DNA of 32,000 bases from Candidatus Saccharimonadota bacterium (GTDB taxonomy: Bacteria > Bacteroidota > Bacteroidia > Cytophagales > Amoebophilaceae). This document shows, piece after piece, positions 8,250-16,959 of the stretch (the first letter of the stretch is position 1; each line of letters opens with the position of its first letter). Both the position numbers and the translations under genes were made by a program. The notes under the pieces were generated by a model, which ran no database searches, was not told where the DNA came from, and saw only the letters and a list, made by a program, of their open reading frames with translations. Where the stretch lies: the NCBI RefSeq assembly GCF_003351905.1, contig NZ_CP022339.1, positions 600,001-632,000 on the forward strand. The letters are read 5' to 3'.

Positions 8250-9551
8250 CTATAAACCGCTCATATAAACCAATAAGAATCCGATGCCGATTGCGCCAGC
8301 TATTGAGACCAAACCTGGCAACATAAAACTATGGTTAAAAAGGAACTTACCAATTCGTGTAGTGCCTGTAGTATCTAAATGCATAGCCGCTAACATAGTT
8401 GGATAAATCGGAATAATAAAAACCCCATTAACAGCTGCTGCAGAAGCCAGTAATATTTTAGGCGGAATTCCTAAGGCAATACCTAGTGGAAATACCGCTT
8501 TAATAGTAGCCGCAGAACTGCCCATAATGGAAGCCATGCAGAGTAAGATAATAGAAAATTGCCAAGGTTCAGAAAGGTAAGTGGATATAAACTCTAGTAA
8601 AACCGGTTGGTTGCTCTGCACGAATGTACTGCTTAGCCAAGCAATACCTAGAATCGCAAACATGCCTTGTACGCCAGCCGTAAATGCTTTGCCCTGGGTA
8701 ATGGATTGTGGTGCAATCCGGCATAACAACATAATAGATGCCGCAGTGGATAACATTACCAGTGGCATAATATAGGCAGATGGCAAGCATACCTTTAGGC
8801 CATTTACCTCCCACGAAGGGCGTAAAAATGGCATGGCGTCTATTAAAACCGTAGCTAAACTACCCAGTAAGAAGCAAATAATCGAAAGTTTGGCTACCCT
8901 AGCCCCACGGGGCAGTAGGGTGGCAGCCTGGTTTGTTGTAGCTTTTCCTGGAACCGTTGCAGTCGCTGGCATCTTTTTATTCAATAAACTGGTTACAAAT
9001 GTTGCGATTAATAATCCTCCCAGTGTTGAGGGAATGACAATCTTAAAAATGGTGACCATCTCTATGCCAGCATTCCTTAAAAACCCGCTTAAGATAACCA
9101 TTATAGAAGAAATAGGACTGGCCAGTGCACCGTGCAAAGCGGCAATAACAGAAAGCGATAAAGGCCGTTCCGGGCGAATGCCTACTTCTTTAGATACCTC
9201 TGCAATAACAGGCAGAATAGAATAGGCGATGTGATTGGTACCACCCAAAAAAGTAATTGCATAGGTGACCACAGGGCTGATGTAGATGATGCTACGTGGA
9301 TGTTTGCGGATACATAGCTCAGCCAGTTGAACCAAATAACTCAAGCCACCTGCAGTCTCTATGGTGCCCACTGCAGCAACCACTGCGGCAATACAAAGCA
9401 TGATTTGAAAAGGAGGATCTGCTGGCGTTGCATTTAAAACCACCATAAACAGCCATACACCCAGCCCACCCAGCATACTAAGGCTTAGACCTTGCAACCG
9501 GGCACCCAAGAAAGAAGCAAGCAAAAGTATCGCTAAACCTATCAGAAGCAT
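8250..9551 (-). CDS. Anaerobic C4-dicarboxylate transporter, DcuA/DcuB family
   Basis: 433 aa. FLGARLQGLSLSMLGGLGV, ETAGGLSYLVQLAE, ISPVVTYAITFLGGTNHIAYSILPVIAEVSKEVGIRPERPLS and C-terminal HLDTTGTTRIGKFLFNHSF all match E. coli DcuA closely. Confidence 0.9.
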   Translation of the reverse strand: MLLIGLAILLLASFLGARLQGLSLSMLGGLGVWLFMVVLNATPADPPFQIMLCIAAVVAAVGTIETAGGLSYLVQLAELCIRKHPRSIIYISPVVTYAITFLGGTNHIAYSILPVIAEVSKEVGIRPERPLSLSVIAALHGALASPISSIMVILSGFLRNAGIEMVTIFKIVIPSTLGGLLIATFVTSLLNKKMPATATVPGKATTNQAATLLPRGARVAKLSIICFLLGSLATVLIDAMPFLRPSWEVNGLKVCLPSAYIMPLVMLSTAASIMLLCRIAPQSITQGKAFTAGVQGMFAILGIAWLSSTFVQSNQPVLLEFISTYLSEPWQFSIILLCMASIMGSSAATIKAVFPLGIALGIPPKILLASAAAVNGVFIIPIYPTMLAAMHLDTTGTTRIGKFLFNHSFMLPGLVSIAGAIGIGFLLVYMSGL

Positions 9552-9784
9552 TTGTCTTCGTTCGTTTATATTTTAATAATGAAAATCCGCTACAACCCGT
9601 TTAGGGCTTTGTGGTTGCACTTGAACCGATAAAATAAAATTAGACCAATATACATAAAAAACATTACAAACAATATACTATTTACATCAATTGATTTTGC
9701 ATAGTAGGACTATGGTTATGCTGCAAAAAGCACCCCTAGGAAAAAGTTGTGCGCAACAAGCGTAGCCAGATAGATGCATAGAAA

Positions 9785-9818
9785 AATAGCTGCCGTCAAG
9801 GCTCCAACGGCAGCTATT
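9785..9818. terminator. 12-bp stem hairpin (aatagctgccgt / acggcagctatt, 10-nt loop) flanked by an A-run upstream and a T-run downstream; bidirectional intrinsic-terminator-like
   Basis: Read directly: gaaaaATAGCTGCCGTcaaggctccaACGGCAGCTATtgttttt. It sits in the 418-bp gap between divergent genes, so no annotated gene ends there. Confidence 0.4.
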
Positions 9819-9969
9819 GTTTTTCCAGCTGCAAGCTGTGATTGCGGTAATTGTAGACCTTTTTGCTTACTGATTTTATCAAGATAAGAAGTAAGGCTAC
9901 ATATGCCTTATGGGCATACATTCAACCCGCCTATTTGTTTAATGGTAGTATTTTTTATAACTTGAAGTT

Positions 9970-11919
9970 ATGTGCAAAAATAATAAACAGTTCCGCTTCA
10001 TAGCGCCTATTTACATAGGAAGCCTATTATTATGGACTATATCCTGTAGTAGACATCTTCCTGTTACTGCAAGCCATTCTGGTGGTGAATGGATAGGAGG
10101 ATGTTGCCATCTGGATGATCCGTGTAGGGTAAAAGATCTAGGTAACCGTGTAGATCAGTTGGATTGGTCTAACGTTGATCTGTGTAAGGTTACAAACCAG
10201 AAGACTGTCTTTTGTGAAACAATAGACAGCTATGATATAGATCAGTTAAACGCACTGCTTACATACCTTAAACGTGACCCTGTAAAATACCCTTATGATA
10301 AGGTCATATATTTAATAGCTGGTTGTGGAAGCAAAAAAATAAAAGGGATGCGCATGTCTCTGTTGTTTAGGAGTGTGTTTAAACAGGATCTAGATATAAT
10401 AGATCTATTGTTTGAAACACTATCTTATTATGACTTAAACGCATGTGCGCAAGCTTTTTTCATACCATTTGGTGCTGGAAAATACACCATGTTGCATCAA
10501 GCGGTAGAATCATCCAACTTAGAAACAGTAATGTGCTTAATAGCGCATTATATCGAAACTAAAAAAAAGCAAGGGGTTGAGCCTTCTGTTCTATCAAATA
10601 GTCTAATAGAGGTTTTAAATATCAAAAATGCAATCAACGAAACACCACTGGATCTCGCATTTGGTACCTATCATTTAAGTTTTGTAGAAAATTCAGCTAT
10701 GATACAATATTTGGCAGCGTATGGGGATCCTTTGTCTCAAATAGACTTGGGGGATAAGTCTGCGTTGTATGCTGCTGCCAAGCGTGGTAATGGCACCCAG
10801 TTACCAATTATGATCGATGCCATAAGAGCCGGATCAAAAAAGATGTATGACCGAAAAGATATAGATATGGTGCGCAAGATTGTCAATTGCGTAGATAAAG
10901 ATGGCCGCACCTTGTTATATTATACGGTGCTAAACCGCAACTATGATGCAGTCGCGTACCTCATGGCACTAGGTGCCAACTGCACATGGTTCGATAAAAA
11001 TGGGGTCTCTCCGCTTTTTATAGCTATTGTGTATGGGGATCTACATATGGTACAATTGTTATTGGATAAAAAATTTCCCGCGAATGCATCGCTACAGGTG
11101 GATATAAATAACAAAGGTAGAGATGGGTTAACACCGCTGAATTTTTCCATTAAGCCTAAACAAAGTGTAGTGCTCATGCCAATACTGCTGTTGCGCAATA
11201 AGCATCGAAGATATAAGGTATTAAAAAATAATATGGATGATGGATGGGATCATGTTGCTATAGGGCATAGCAATGCTCAGATTGTTGCTGCTTTGTTGGA
11301 TGCTGGTGCGCATCCTTTGATACCCAATAATTTGGGTCAGACGCCCCTGCATCTAGCCGTGGAGTCGAACAGCGTATGTTTGGTAGAGCTGCTTCTAGAG
11401 GCTGGGAGCAGTGCGTTATTAAGAGATTGTAAAGGCTATACGCCTTTAGATATAGCCGTGCGGCAGATCCGTGTGCGCGCTTCGAAAGCTTATGATAAGG
11501 GCCATATGCTTAGTATAATTGTAAAAATGTTAGGTGCAGCTATACGTATAAAAAACGTTGGGGTAGATCAAAGTTGTTTGATGCGTATATACAAAGAGGT
11601 TATGTCGGCTTACCAACATGATAACCACAAACGTTCGCGGCATGTATGGGAAGCATCAATGGCGGATCTGTTCCAAAGATATGGCCTCTCAACGTACACC
11701 ACCACGCAACTTAAGGGTACAAAAAGGCGATGCGATGCGCATCCAGGGCTTATTGACCCTACTAAAAGGCGTAAGCGAAACAGTGTTCAGGCCTCTGATG
11801 GTTCATCAAGTGGACGTATGCAGGGAGCGAAGCGGCCTAAGCAATCTCAGTCAAATGCAGTTTCTTTTTTAGATATGCCCCATGCTGTAAGTGTGGACGG
11901 AACAGATCTACTGCCTTAG
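9970..11919 (+). CDS. Ankyrin-repeat protein with a lipoprotein-type signal peptide and a C-terminal basic, NLS-like tail
   Basis: 649 aa. Signal peptide plus Cys (IYIGSLLLWTISCS). ANK repeats include DGRTLLYYTVLNRNYDAVAYLMALGANC, NGVSPLFIAIVYGDLHMVQLLLD, GQTPLHLAVESNSVCLVELLLEAGSSA and KGYTPLDIAV. The tail reads TKRRCDAHPGLIDPTKRRKRN...GAKRPKQ. Confidence 0.85.
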   Translation: MCKNNKQFRFIAPIYIGSLLLWTISCSRHLPVTASHSGGEWIGGCCHLDDPCRVKDLGNRVDQLDWSNVDLCKVTNQKTVFCETIDSYDIDQLNALLTYLKRDPVKYPYDKVIYLIAGCGSKKIKGMRMSLLFRSVFKQDLDIIDLLFETLSYYDLNACAQAFFIPFGAGKYTMLHQAVESSNLETVMCLIAHYIETKKKQGVEPSVLSNSLIEVLNIKNAINETPLDLAFGTYHLSFVENSAMIQYLAAYGDPLSQIDLGDKSALYAAAKRGNGTQLPIMIDAIRAGSKKMYDRKDIDMVRKIVNCVDKDGRTLLYYTVLNRNYDAVAYLMALGANCTWFDKNGVSPLFIAIVYGDLHMVQLLLDKKFPANASLQVDINNKGRDGLTPLNFSIKPKQSVVLMPILLLRNKHRRYKVLKNNMDDGWDHVAIGHSNAQIVAALLDAGAHPLIPNNLGQTPLHLAVESNSVCLVELLLEAGSSALLRDCKGYTPLDIAVRQIRVRASKAYDKGHMLSIIVKMLGAAIRIKNVGVDQSCLMRIYKEVMSAYQHDNHKRSRHVWEASMADLFQRYGLSTYTTTQLKGTKRRCDAHPGLIDPTKRRKRNSVQASDGSSSGRMQGAKRPKQSQSNAVSFLDMPHAVSVDGTDLLP

Positions 11920-11996
11920 ATGTTTTTTATATTAAAAAATATTTTATTATAATTCCTTACTTCTCAGATAACCGCCGGGATTTTGTATAAAATATC

Positions 11997-13088
11997 ATGC
12001 GTAACAATAGATTTTCCCGCTTAATAATAGTCATGTGTGTAGCATGTTTGTTATTTACTACTGCTTGTAGTAGGTATACTACATCTATTTTGGTTAACCA
12101 CAACGGGTATCTTGACTTGCAAGAAGCAGTATGTTATCATTCAGATGGTCAGCTAGAGGTGCAGTGTAAAACGAATGGCATGTGTCATGATCACTTTGAC
12201 TGGTCTACATCTAATTTGTGTAAAGTGTATGATAAGAAGACTACACTTTGTCAAGTAATAGAAATGGGTGATATAGATCTGTTGGATCGGTTGCTGGGCT
12301 ACATCGAGCGCGACCTTATAAAGTACCCTCCTGAAAAGGTAATATACTTAATAACTGGCTGTGGAAATGCAACAATAACAGGCATGAAAATACCTCTATT
12401 GACTCGGGCAGTGGTTAAAGGCGACCTGGATATACTAAAATTATTATTTGCAAAGCTGCATAATTATGTTGATTTTTTGGAACGTTCCCGTGGTGTTGAC
12501 GTAGAGGCATTATATCAGGAGGTTTTTTGCAGCAGGTTCGGTCCTGGAAAATTCACCCTTATCCAAGAAGCGGTGAACGCATGTGACTTAGCGCCAGAAA
12601 TGGTAGCCTACTTAATAGACACGTATACGTTTCTTATAACTGGCACTGCAAGGCAACAAAATCAAGTGGCAGCATGGAATCGTGTGTTCGGTTATCTGTT
12701 AGAATTTTTAAGTATAAAAAATAAAGCAGGCGCTACACCGTTGGATATGGCACGTGAATACTATGTTTATGAAATGCCAGAAAGTGCAGCTCCACTGACC
12801 TGTTTGGCACAGTATGGGGATCCTACGCATCCAACATACGTGAAGCAGAGAGGCATTCTTTTTGCTAAAGCCGCACTGGGCAATAGCAATAATTTTAGGG
12901 CTATTGTACCCAAGGCGTCACAACAAATACAGTGTTGGTGTGCATCCGTGCAGCACCTCATGGCATCACACGCTATGCACCTATGTGAGGGATCTCCGCT
13001 CGGTAGGCCTATTGCGTGGGGCGATGTACCCATAAATAGATGCAAGCAACAGTCTGATGATTCAGGTGGTAAAATCCAGGGTGGTTAA
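11997..13088 (+). CDS. Paralog of the N-terminal half of the preceding gene (lipoprotein signal plus shared domain), lacking the ANK/NLS C-terminal half
   Basis: 363 aa. Signal VMCVACLLFTTACS. Blocks are collinear with the upstream gene: DWS..LCKV, DID.L..LL.Y..RD..KYP..KVIYLI.GCG, GM...LL, DLDI..LLF, FG.GK.T....AV, L.IKN....TPLD.A, YGDP. Confidence 0.75.
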   Translation: MRNNRFSRLIIVMCVACLLFTTACSRYTTSILVNHNGYLDLQEAVCYHSDGQLEVQCKTNGMCHDHFDWSTSNLCKVYDKKTTLCQVIEMGDIDLLDRLLGYIERDLIKYPPEKVIYLITGCGNATITGMKIPLLTRAVVKGDLDILKLLFAKLHNYVDFLERSRGVDVEALYQEVFCSRFGPGKFTLIQEAVNACDLAPEMVAYLIDTYTFLITGTARQQNQVAAWNRVFGYLLEFLSIKNKAGATPLDMAREYYVYEMPESAAPLTCLAQYGDPTHPTYVKQRGILFAKAALGNSNNFRAIVPKASQQIQCWCASVQHLMASHAMHLCEGSPLGRPIAWGDVPINRCKQQSDDSGGKIQGG

Positions 13089-13161
13089 TGATAGGTTTTA
13101 ATAGAAAGGTTCATGGAACTTGCGGCTTCCGTGCGTAAAGTGCATTCAACTATATTGCGTT

Positions 13162-14616
13162 ATGTTATTTGATCTTCCATTACTTATAGTAATTGTTTTT
13201 TTATTAGCTACTTCAGCAGTAGCGTGTTATGCTACTAGAGGAAGCGGTACTACCTTTCGTGCCTATGCTGTAGGCAATAGGGTGTTTTCTACTGCTAATT
13301 TAGTGGCTACTATATTGGCCACTTATTATGGCGGGGCTACGCTGATGAGTTATGTAACCCAATTCTCTGATGGACTCTTCTGGGTCAGTTGGCGGATTTT
13401 TGGTGTTATGGCTGCTTTTTTTACGCTTAGTTGGCTCGGTATGCATATGTCCAAGTTTATCTATCATATCTCAATGCCAGAGACCATGGGGCGGGTATAT
13501 GGCAAGTATCCAAGGATGATTACCGCTTTATTGAGTCTGTGTTACTCTACTGTTGTGATTGCGATGCAAATTCGTATTATGTGCCGGGGGATAAATATAT
13601 GCATCGATTCAGCTAGTCCATTAGCTATTACCCTCTTGGCTACTTTTATGTTGGTGACCTATGCACTATTTGGTGGTATTCGTGCCGTTGTCTTAACGGA
13701 TATATGGCAGTTTATCACCTTTTCTACGGTTATTGCCCTCTTAGCATGGTTTATGTTTATACAAACAGATGCTTCATTTGGTGAAACCATTACTTTTGCA
13801 GCCACTCAAAAAAATTTTGGCTTGGGTCATTTGTTCCTTTATAACAGAAAGTCAGTAGCTATATTGCGCTATCTAGCTACTATGGTCAACTGTATAGAAC
13901 CTGCTTATATACAAAATGTCTATATGGCTTCTAGTCCTCCCCAAGCAAAAAAAATGTTCTTATATGCGGGTATAGCTGGTTTTGTTATAATGATATGTTT
14001 CTCATTAGTTGGTTTGTTTGTTTTTGCATGGGTGCCACAAAATCTATCAGGGATGGAGATTTGGCATTACATCATTGCACATACTTCTCCTTGGTTAAAA
14101 GGAATCATTTGTACTTGTTTACTAGCTGTTACGATGTCCACAGCTGACTCTAGGCTCCATATCTGTTCGATTATGATCAGCTATGATATATTCCCTAATA
14201 TATTGCCGGTGCGTTTTAGAAAAAAAATTTCTTCTGTGCATCATTATAGGATAGCGCATGTAGCGATCTTGGTTGTGGCGATCTTGGCCATTCCGTTGGC
14301 CCTTAGTAGTAGCTATTATATCGTAGAAAAGGTAGCGCTATGGTATAACCGTTGGTATGTGCCTGTAGTCGTGGCGCCATTTGTTTTAGCTGTTTTAGGC
14401 TTTCGTAGTGCGTCACATACTGCTTTAGCCGGTATGGTTGCAGGTGCGCTATCTGTTTTGGCTTGGCGGAAGTGGATTTTTCCCCTATTGGGTACCAATG
14501 ATGGCGTCTTTCCTTGTATGGTGGTCAATGGTTTAGTTATGTTAGTGGTACACCGGTTATGGCCCCGGTCAAAGGAGGTTGAAGAGCCAGGTGATGGTGT
14601 ATGCAAATCAATGTAA
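13162..14616 (+). CDS. Sodium:solute symporter family (SSF) transporter
   Basis: The ORF track begins at TTG 13120. I prefer ATG 13162 (MLFDLPLLIVIVFLL...), which starts directly at TM1. It is polytopic and carries the SSF hallmark GGIRAVVLTDIWQF. Confidence 0.8.
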   Translation: MLFDLPLLIVIVFLLATSAVACYATRGSGTTFRAYAVGNRVFSTANLVATILATYYGGATLMSYVTQFSDGLFWVSWRIFGVMAAFFTLSWLGMHMSKFIYHISMPETMGRVYGKYPRMITALLSLCYSTVVIAMQIRIMCRGINICIDSASPLAITLLATFMLVTYALFGGIRAVVLTDIWQFITFSTVIALLAWFMFIQTDASFGETITFAATQKNFGLGHLFLYNRKSVAILRYLATMVNCIEPAYIQNVYMASSPPQAKKMFLYAGIAGFVIMICFSLVGLFVFAWVPQNLSGMEIWHYIIAHTSPWLKGIICTCLLAVTMSTADSRLHICSIMISYDIFPNILPVRFRKKISSVHHYRIAHVAILVVAILAIPLALSSSYYIVEKVALWYNRWYVPVVVAPFVLAVLGFRSASHTALAGMVAGALSVLAWRKWIFPLLGTNDGVFPCMVVNGLVMLVVHRLWPRSKEVEEPGDGVCKSM

Positions 14617-14633
14617 TCCTATTGGGTGCGTGC

Positions 14634-15989
14634 TTATTTCCCAATGCAGAATTTAGAGAAAATGTCTCCTAAAATCTCTTCTGTGGTAATCTCTCCTGTA
14701 ATTTCACCCAGTGCATATAGTGCCTGGTTGATATCTACAACCAGTAATTCATTGGATCGTTGTTGCGCAAGTCCTGCCATTACAGCTTCTAAAGCTGCTC
14801 TACTTTTTTGTAATCGATCGTAATGGCGTGCATTGACCACAATAGTGGCTAACCCATCGGCAGGTTTTTGTGTGACCAATTGCAAAAGCTGCCCTTTAAG
14901 TTGATTGAGCCCTTTACCAGTTTGTGCAGCCATGCACAAATAATCTTTAAAATCTTCTAGCGCAGCAGGTGGTGCAAGGTCCATTTTATTGCCAATTTTC
15001 AGTAGGGGTACCTCTCCTAAGGCAACCAGATCAGCCTCTGCTTGTTGAAAGGTCATATGGCATAGATCCACCAAGTAGAGTACGATACAAGCTTTGTTGA
15101 GTTGCGCTTTGGTCCGTTCGATGCCTATGGCTTCTATGGCATCCGAAGGCTTTTCGCGTAAACCAGCAGTATCTACAAACCTAAACCGTATGCCTCCTAA
15201 GTGTAATGTGCCCTCAATGGTGTCGCGCGTAGTACCTGCTATAGGCGAAACAATGGCCCGTTCTTCTTGTAATAATGCATTCAATAGGGTTGATTTGCCT
15301 ACATTGGGTCTGCCCACAATCACAACGGAAATACCTTGTTTAATCACGTTACCTAATTGAAAGCTATCGATCAGGCGTGTTAAAGTTTGCATCAGTTTAT
15401 CCGCTAATGTTTGTAATTCCTTGCGCTCTAAAAAGGTGACATCTTCTTCGGAAAAATCTAGTTCTAATGCCAACATTGCTGCAAAATGGCGCAAGTCTTT
15501 ACGTAATGCTTGTAAATCTGTCGAAAACCCCCCACGCATTTGATGAAGGGCCGTTTGGTGGGCCAACATGCTATCGGCTGCAATCAAATCTGCTACCGCT
15601 TCTGCTTGGGCTAAGTCAAAGCGGCCATTTAAAAAAGCCCTTTTGGTGAATTCACCCGGTTCAGCTATGCGCACACCTTGGTCTACCAACAGCTCTATTA
15701 ATTGTGTGACAATGAAAGGCGCACCATGGCAAGAGATTTCTACTGCCTCTTCCCTGGTAAAGGAATGGGGCGCAATAAAAATGGAAACTAGGACTTCATC
15801 AATTTGGGTATCCCCTTTTTTTAGGATGCCAAAATGAACCGTATGAGAGGCTTTTTGGGTCAAGTTACTGCCATGAAACAGCTGGTTCACGATGTTAATT
15901 ACACCCTTTCCAGATAGGCGCACGACTGCAATGGCGCTCATGCCTTGTGGCGTGGCGAGTGCCACAATAGGATCTTGGTTAGGATACAT
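14634..15989 (-). CDS. mnmE: tRNA modification GTPase MnmE (TrmE)
   Basis: 451 aa. N-terminal DPIVALATPQG.SAIAVVRLSG, G-domain GRPNVGKSTLLNAL...DTAG, and the invariant C-terminal FCIGK. Confidence 0.95.
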   Translation of the reverse strand: MYPNQDPIVALATPQGMSAIAVVRLSGKGVINIVNQLFHGSNLTQKASHTVHFGILKKGDTQIDEVLVSIFIAPHSFTREEAVEISCHGAPFIVTQLIELLVDQGVRIAEPGEFTKRAFLNGRFDLAQAEAVADLIAADSMLAHQTALHQMRGGFSTDLQALRKDLRHFAAMLALELDFSEEDVTFLERKELQTLADKLMQTLTRLIDSFQLGNVIKQGISVVIVGRPNVGKSTLLNALLQEERAIVSPIAGTTRDTIEGTLHLGGIRFRFVDTAGLREKPSDAIEAIGIERTKAQLNKACIVLYLVDLCHMTFQQAEADLVALGEVPLLKIGNKMDLAPPAALEDFKDYLCMAAQTGKGLNQLKGQLLQLVTQKPADGLATIVVNARHYDRLQKSRAALEAVMAGLAQQRSNELLVVDINQALYALGEITGEITTEEILGDIFSKFCIGK

Positions 15990-16740
15990 TTTCTTTTATA
16001 AATAAAGTTTCTGGATAACCTACCTCCACTAATGTTAAGCCGTGTGGTGGCATTAAGGTAAGTATAGGACGTGTGCTGGGTTTTTGTCGAATCAGTTGGG
16101 CTACTGTAGTGCTATCCATTTTACCAGTCGCTACTTTAAGGATGGTACCGACAATCGTTCGAACCATACCCCTTAAAAAGCGATTGGCTTGTATGTAAAA
16201 AACAAGCTTGTTGTCCATTGCTACCCAAGTAGCTTCTTTTATGTTGCAGATAAAACTCTTGGTTGCATCAGTTGTCTTGCTAAAAAATTCAAAATCAGCC
16301 TGTACAGAAAATAAACCAGCAATCTGGTTTAATAAGGCAAGCGGTGGCGTGTGGTGCAGCCAAACTGCGCGATCTCTATAAAAAGGATCTTTTTGTGTAA
16401 TGATGGTATAGGCATATCTACGATGGCATGCGTCGAAACGCGCATGTGCACCCTCTACTACTGGACGAATGGCCGTAATGCTGATATCAGATGGCAAAAT
16501 CCTATTGAGCCTATAGATCAAATGTAGCGGGTCTATAGGCGTTATGGAATCAAAATGGGCCACCTGTTGTGTGGCATGCACCCCTTTATCCGTTCGACTG
16601 CTGCCTGAGATCGCAATCGTCCTGGATAAGAGTTTACCAAGTGCTTCTTCGATCACTTGTTGTACAGCACATCCATTTTTTTGAATCTGCCAACCACTAT
16701 AGCCCTTGCCCAGATAGGATATATAGATGAAATAACGCAT
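15979..16740 (-). CDS. truA: tRNA pseudouridine(38-40) synthase TruA
   Basis: 253 aa. MRYFIYISYLGKGYSGWQIQ and catalytic GSSRTDKGVHA. It overlaps the mnmE start by 11 nt. Confidence 0.92.
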   Translation of the reverse strand: MRYFIYISYLGKGYSGWQIQKNGCAVQQVIEEALGKLLSRTIAISGSSRTDKGVHATQQVAHFDSITPIDPLHLIYRLNRILPSDISITAIRPVVEGAHARFDACHRRYAYTIITQKDPFYRDRAVWLHHTPPLALLNQIAGLFSVQADFEFFSKTTDATKSFICNIKEATWVAMDNKLVFYIQANRFLRGMVRTIVGTILKVATGKMDSTTVAQLIRQKPSTRPILTLMPPHGLTLVEVGYPETLFIKENVS

Positions 16741-16959
16741 GAGATGGTTTGGCCTAGTGGATAAAGCGCGCTATTTTATATAGCTAAGCATAAAAACGAC
16801 TATAAAGTTAAGCATAGTTAAGTTATTTATCCATAATGGAGCATTTTTGGGTAGGATGCAGTTAATTTTTACTTAAATTTAATGTATTGGCCATTATACA
16901 GTCCACCTATGTCAGTTGTGCCCTTTAGCCTTGTATCTTATTATTAAGTATAAAAATCC

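Noticed and set aside
8569-9225. Short ORFs on both strands inside the Dcu gene, and similar ones inside the diverged copy (7427-7624, 7715-7900, 8048-8242)
   Set aside because: They are nested in or antisense to transporter genes with clear homology, and they have no features of their own.
13120-13161. TTG start at 13120 for the symporter (track ORF)
   Set aside because: The 14 extra residues (MRLPCVKCIQLYCV) precede an in-frame ATG that opens directly into TM1. ATG 13162 is preferred, but neither start is proven.
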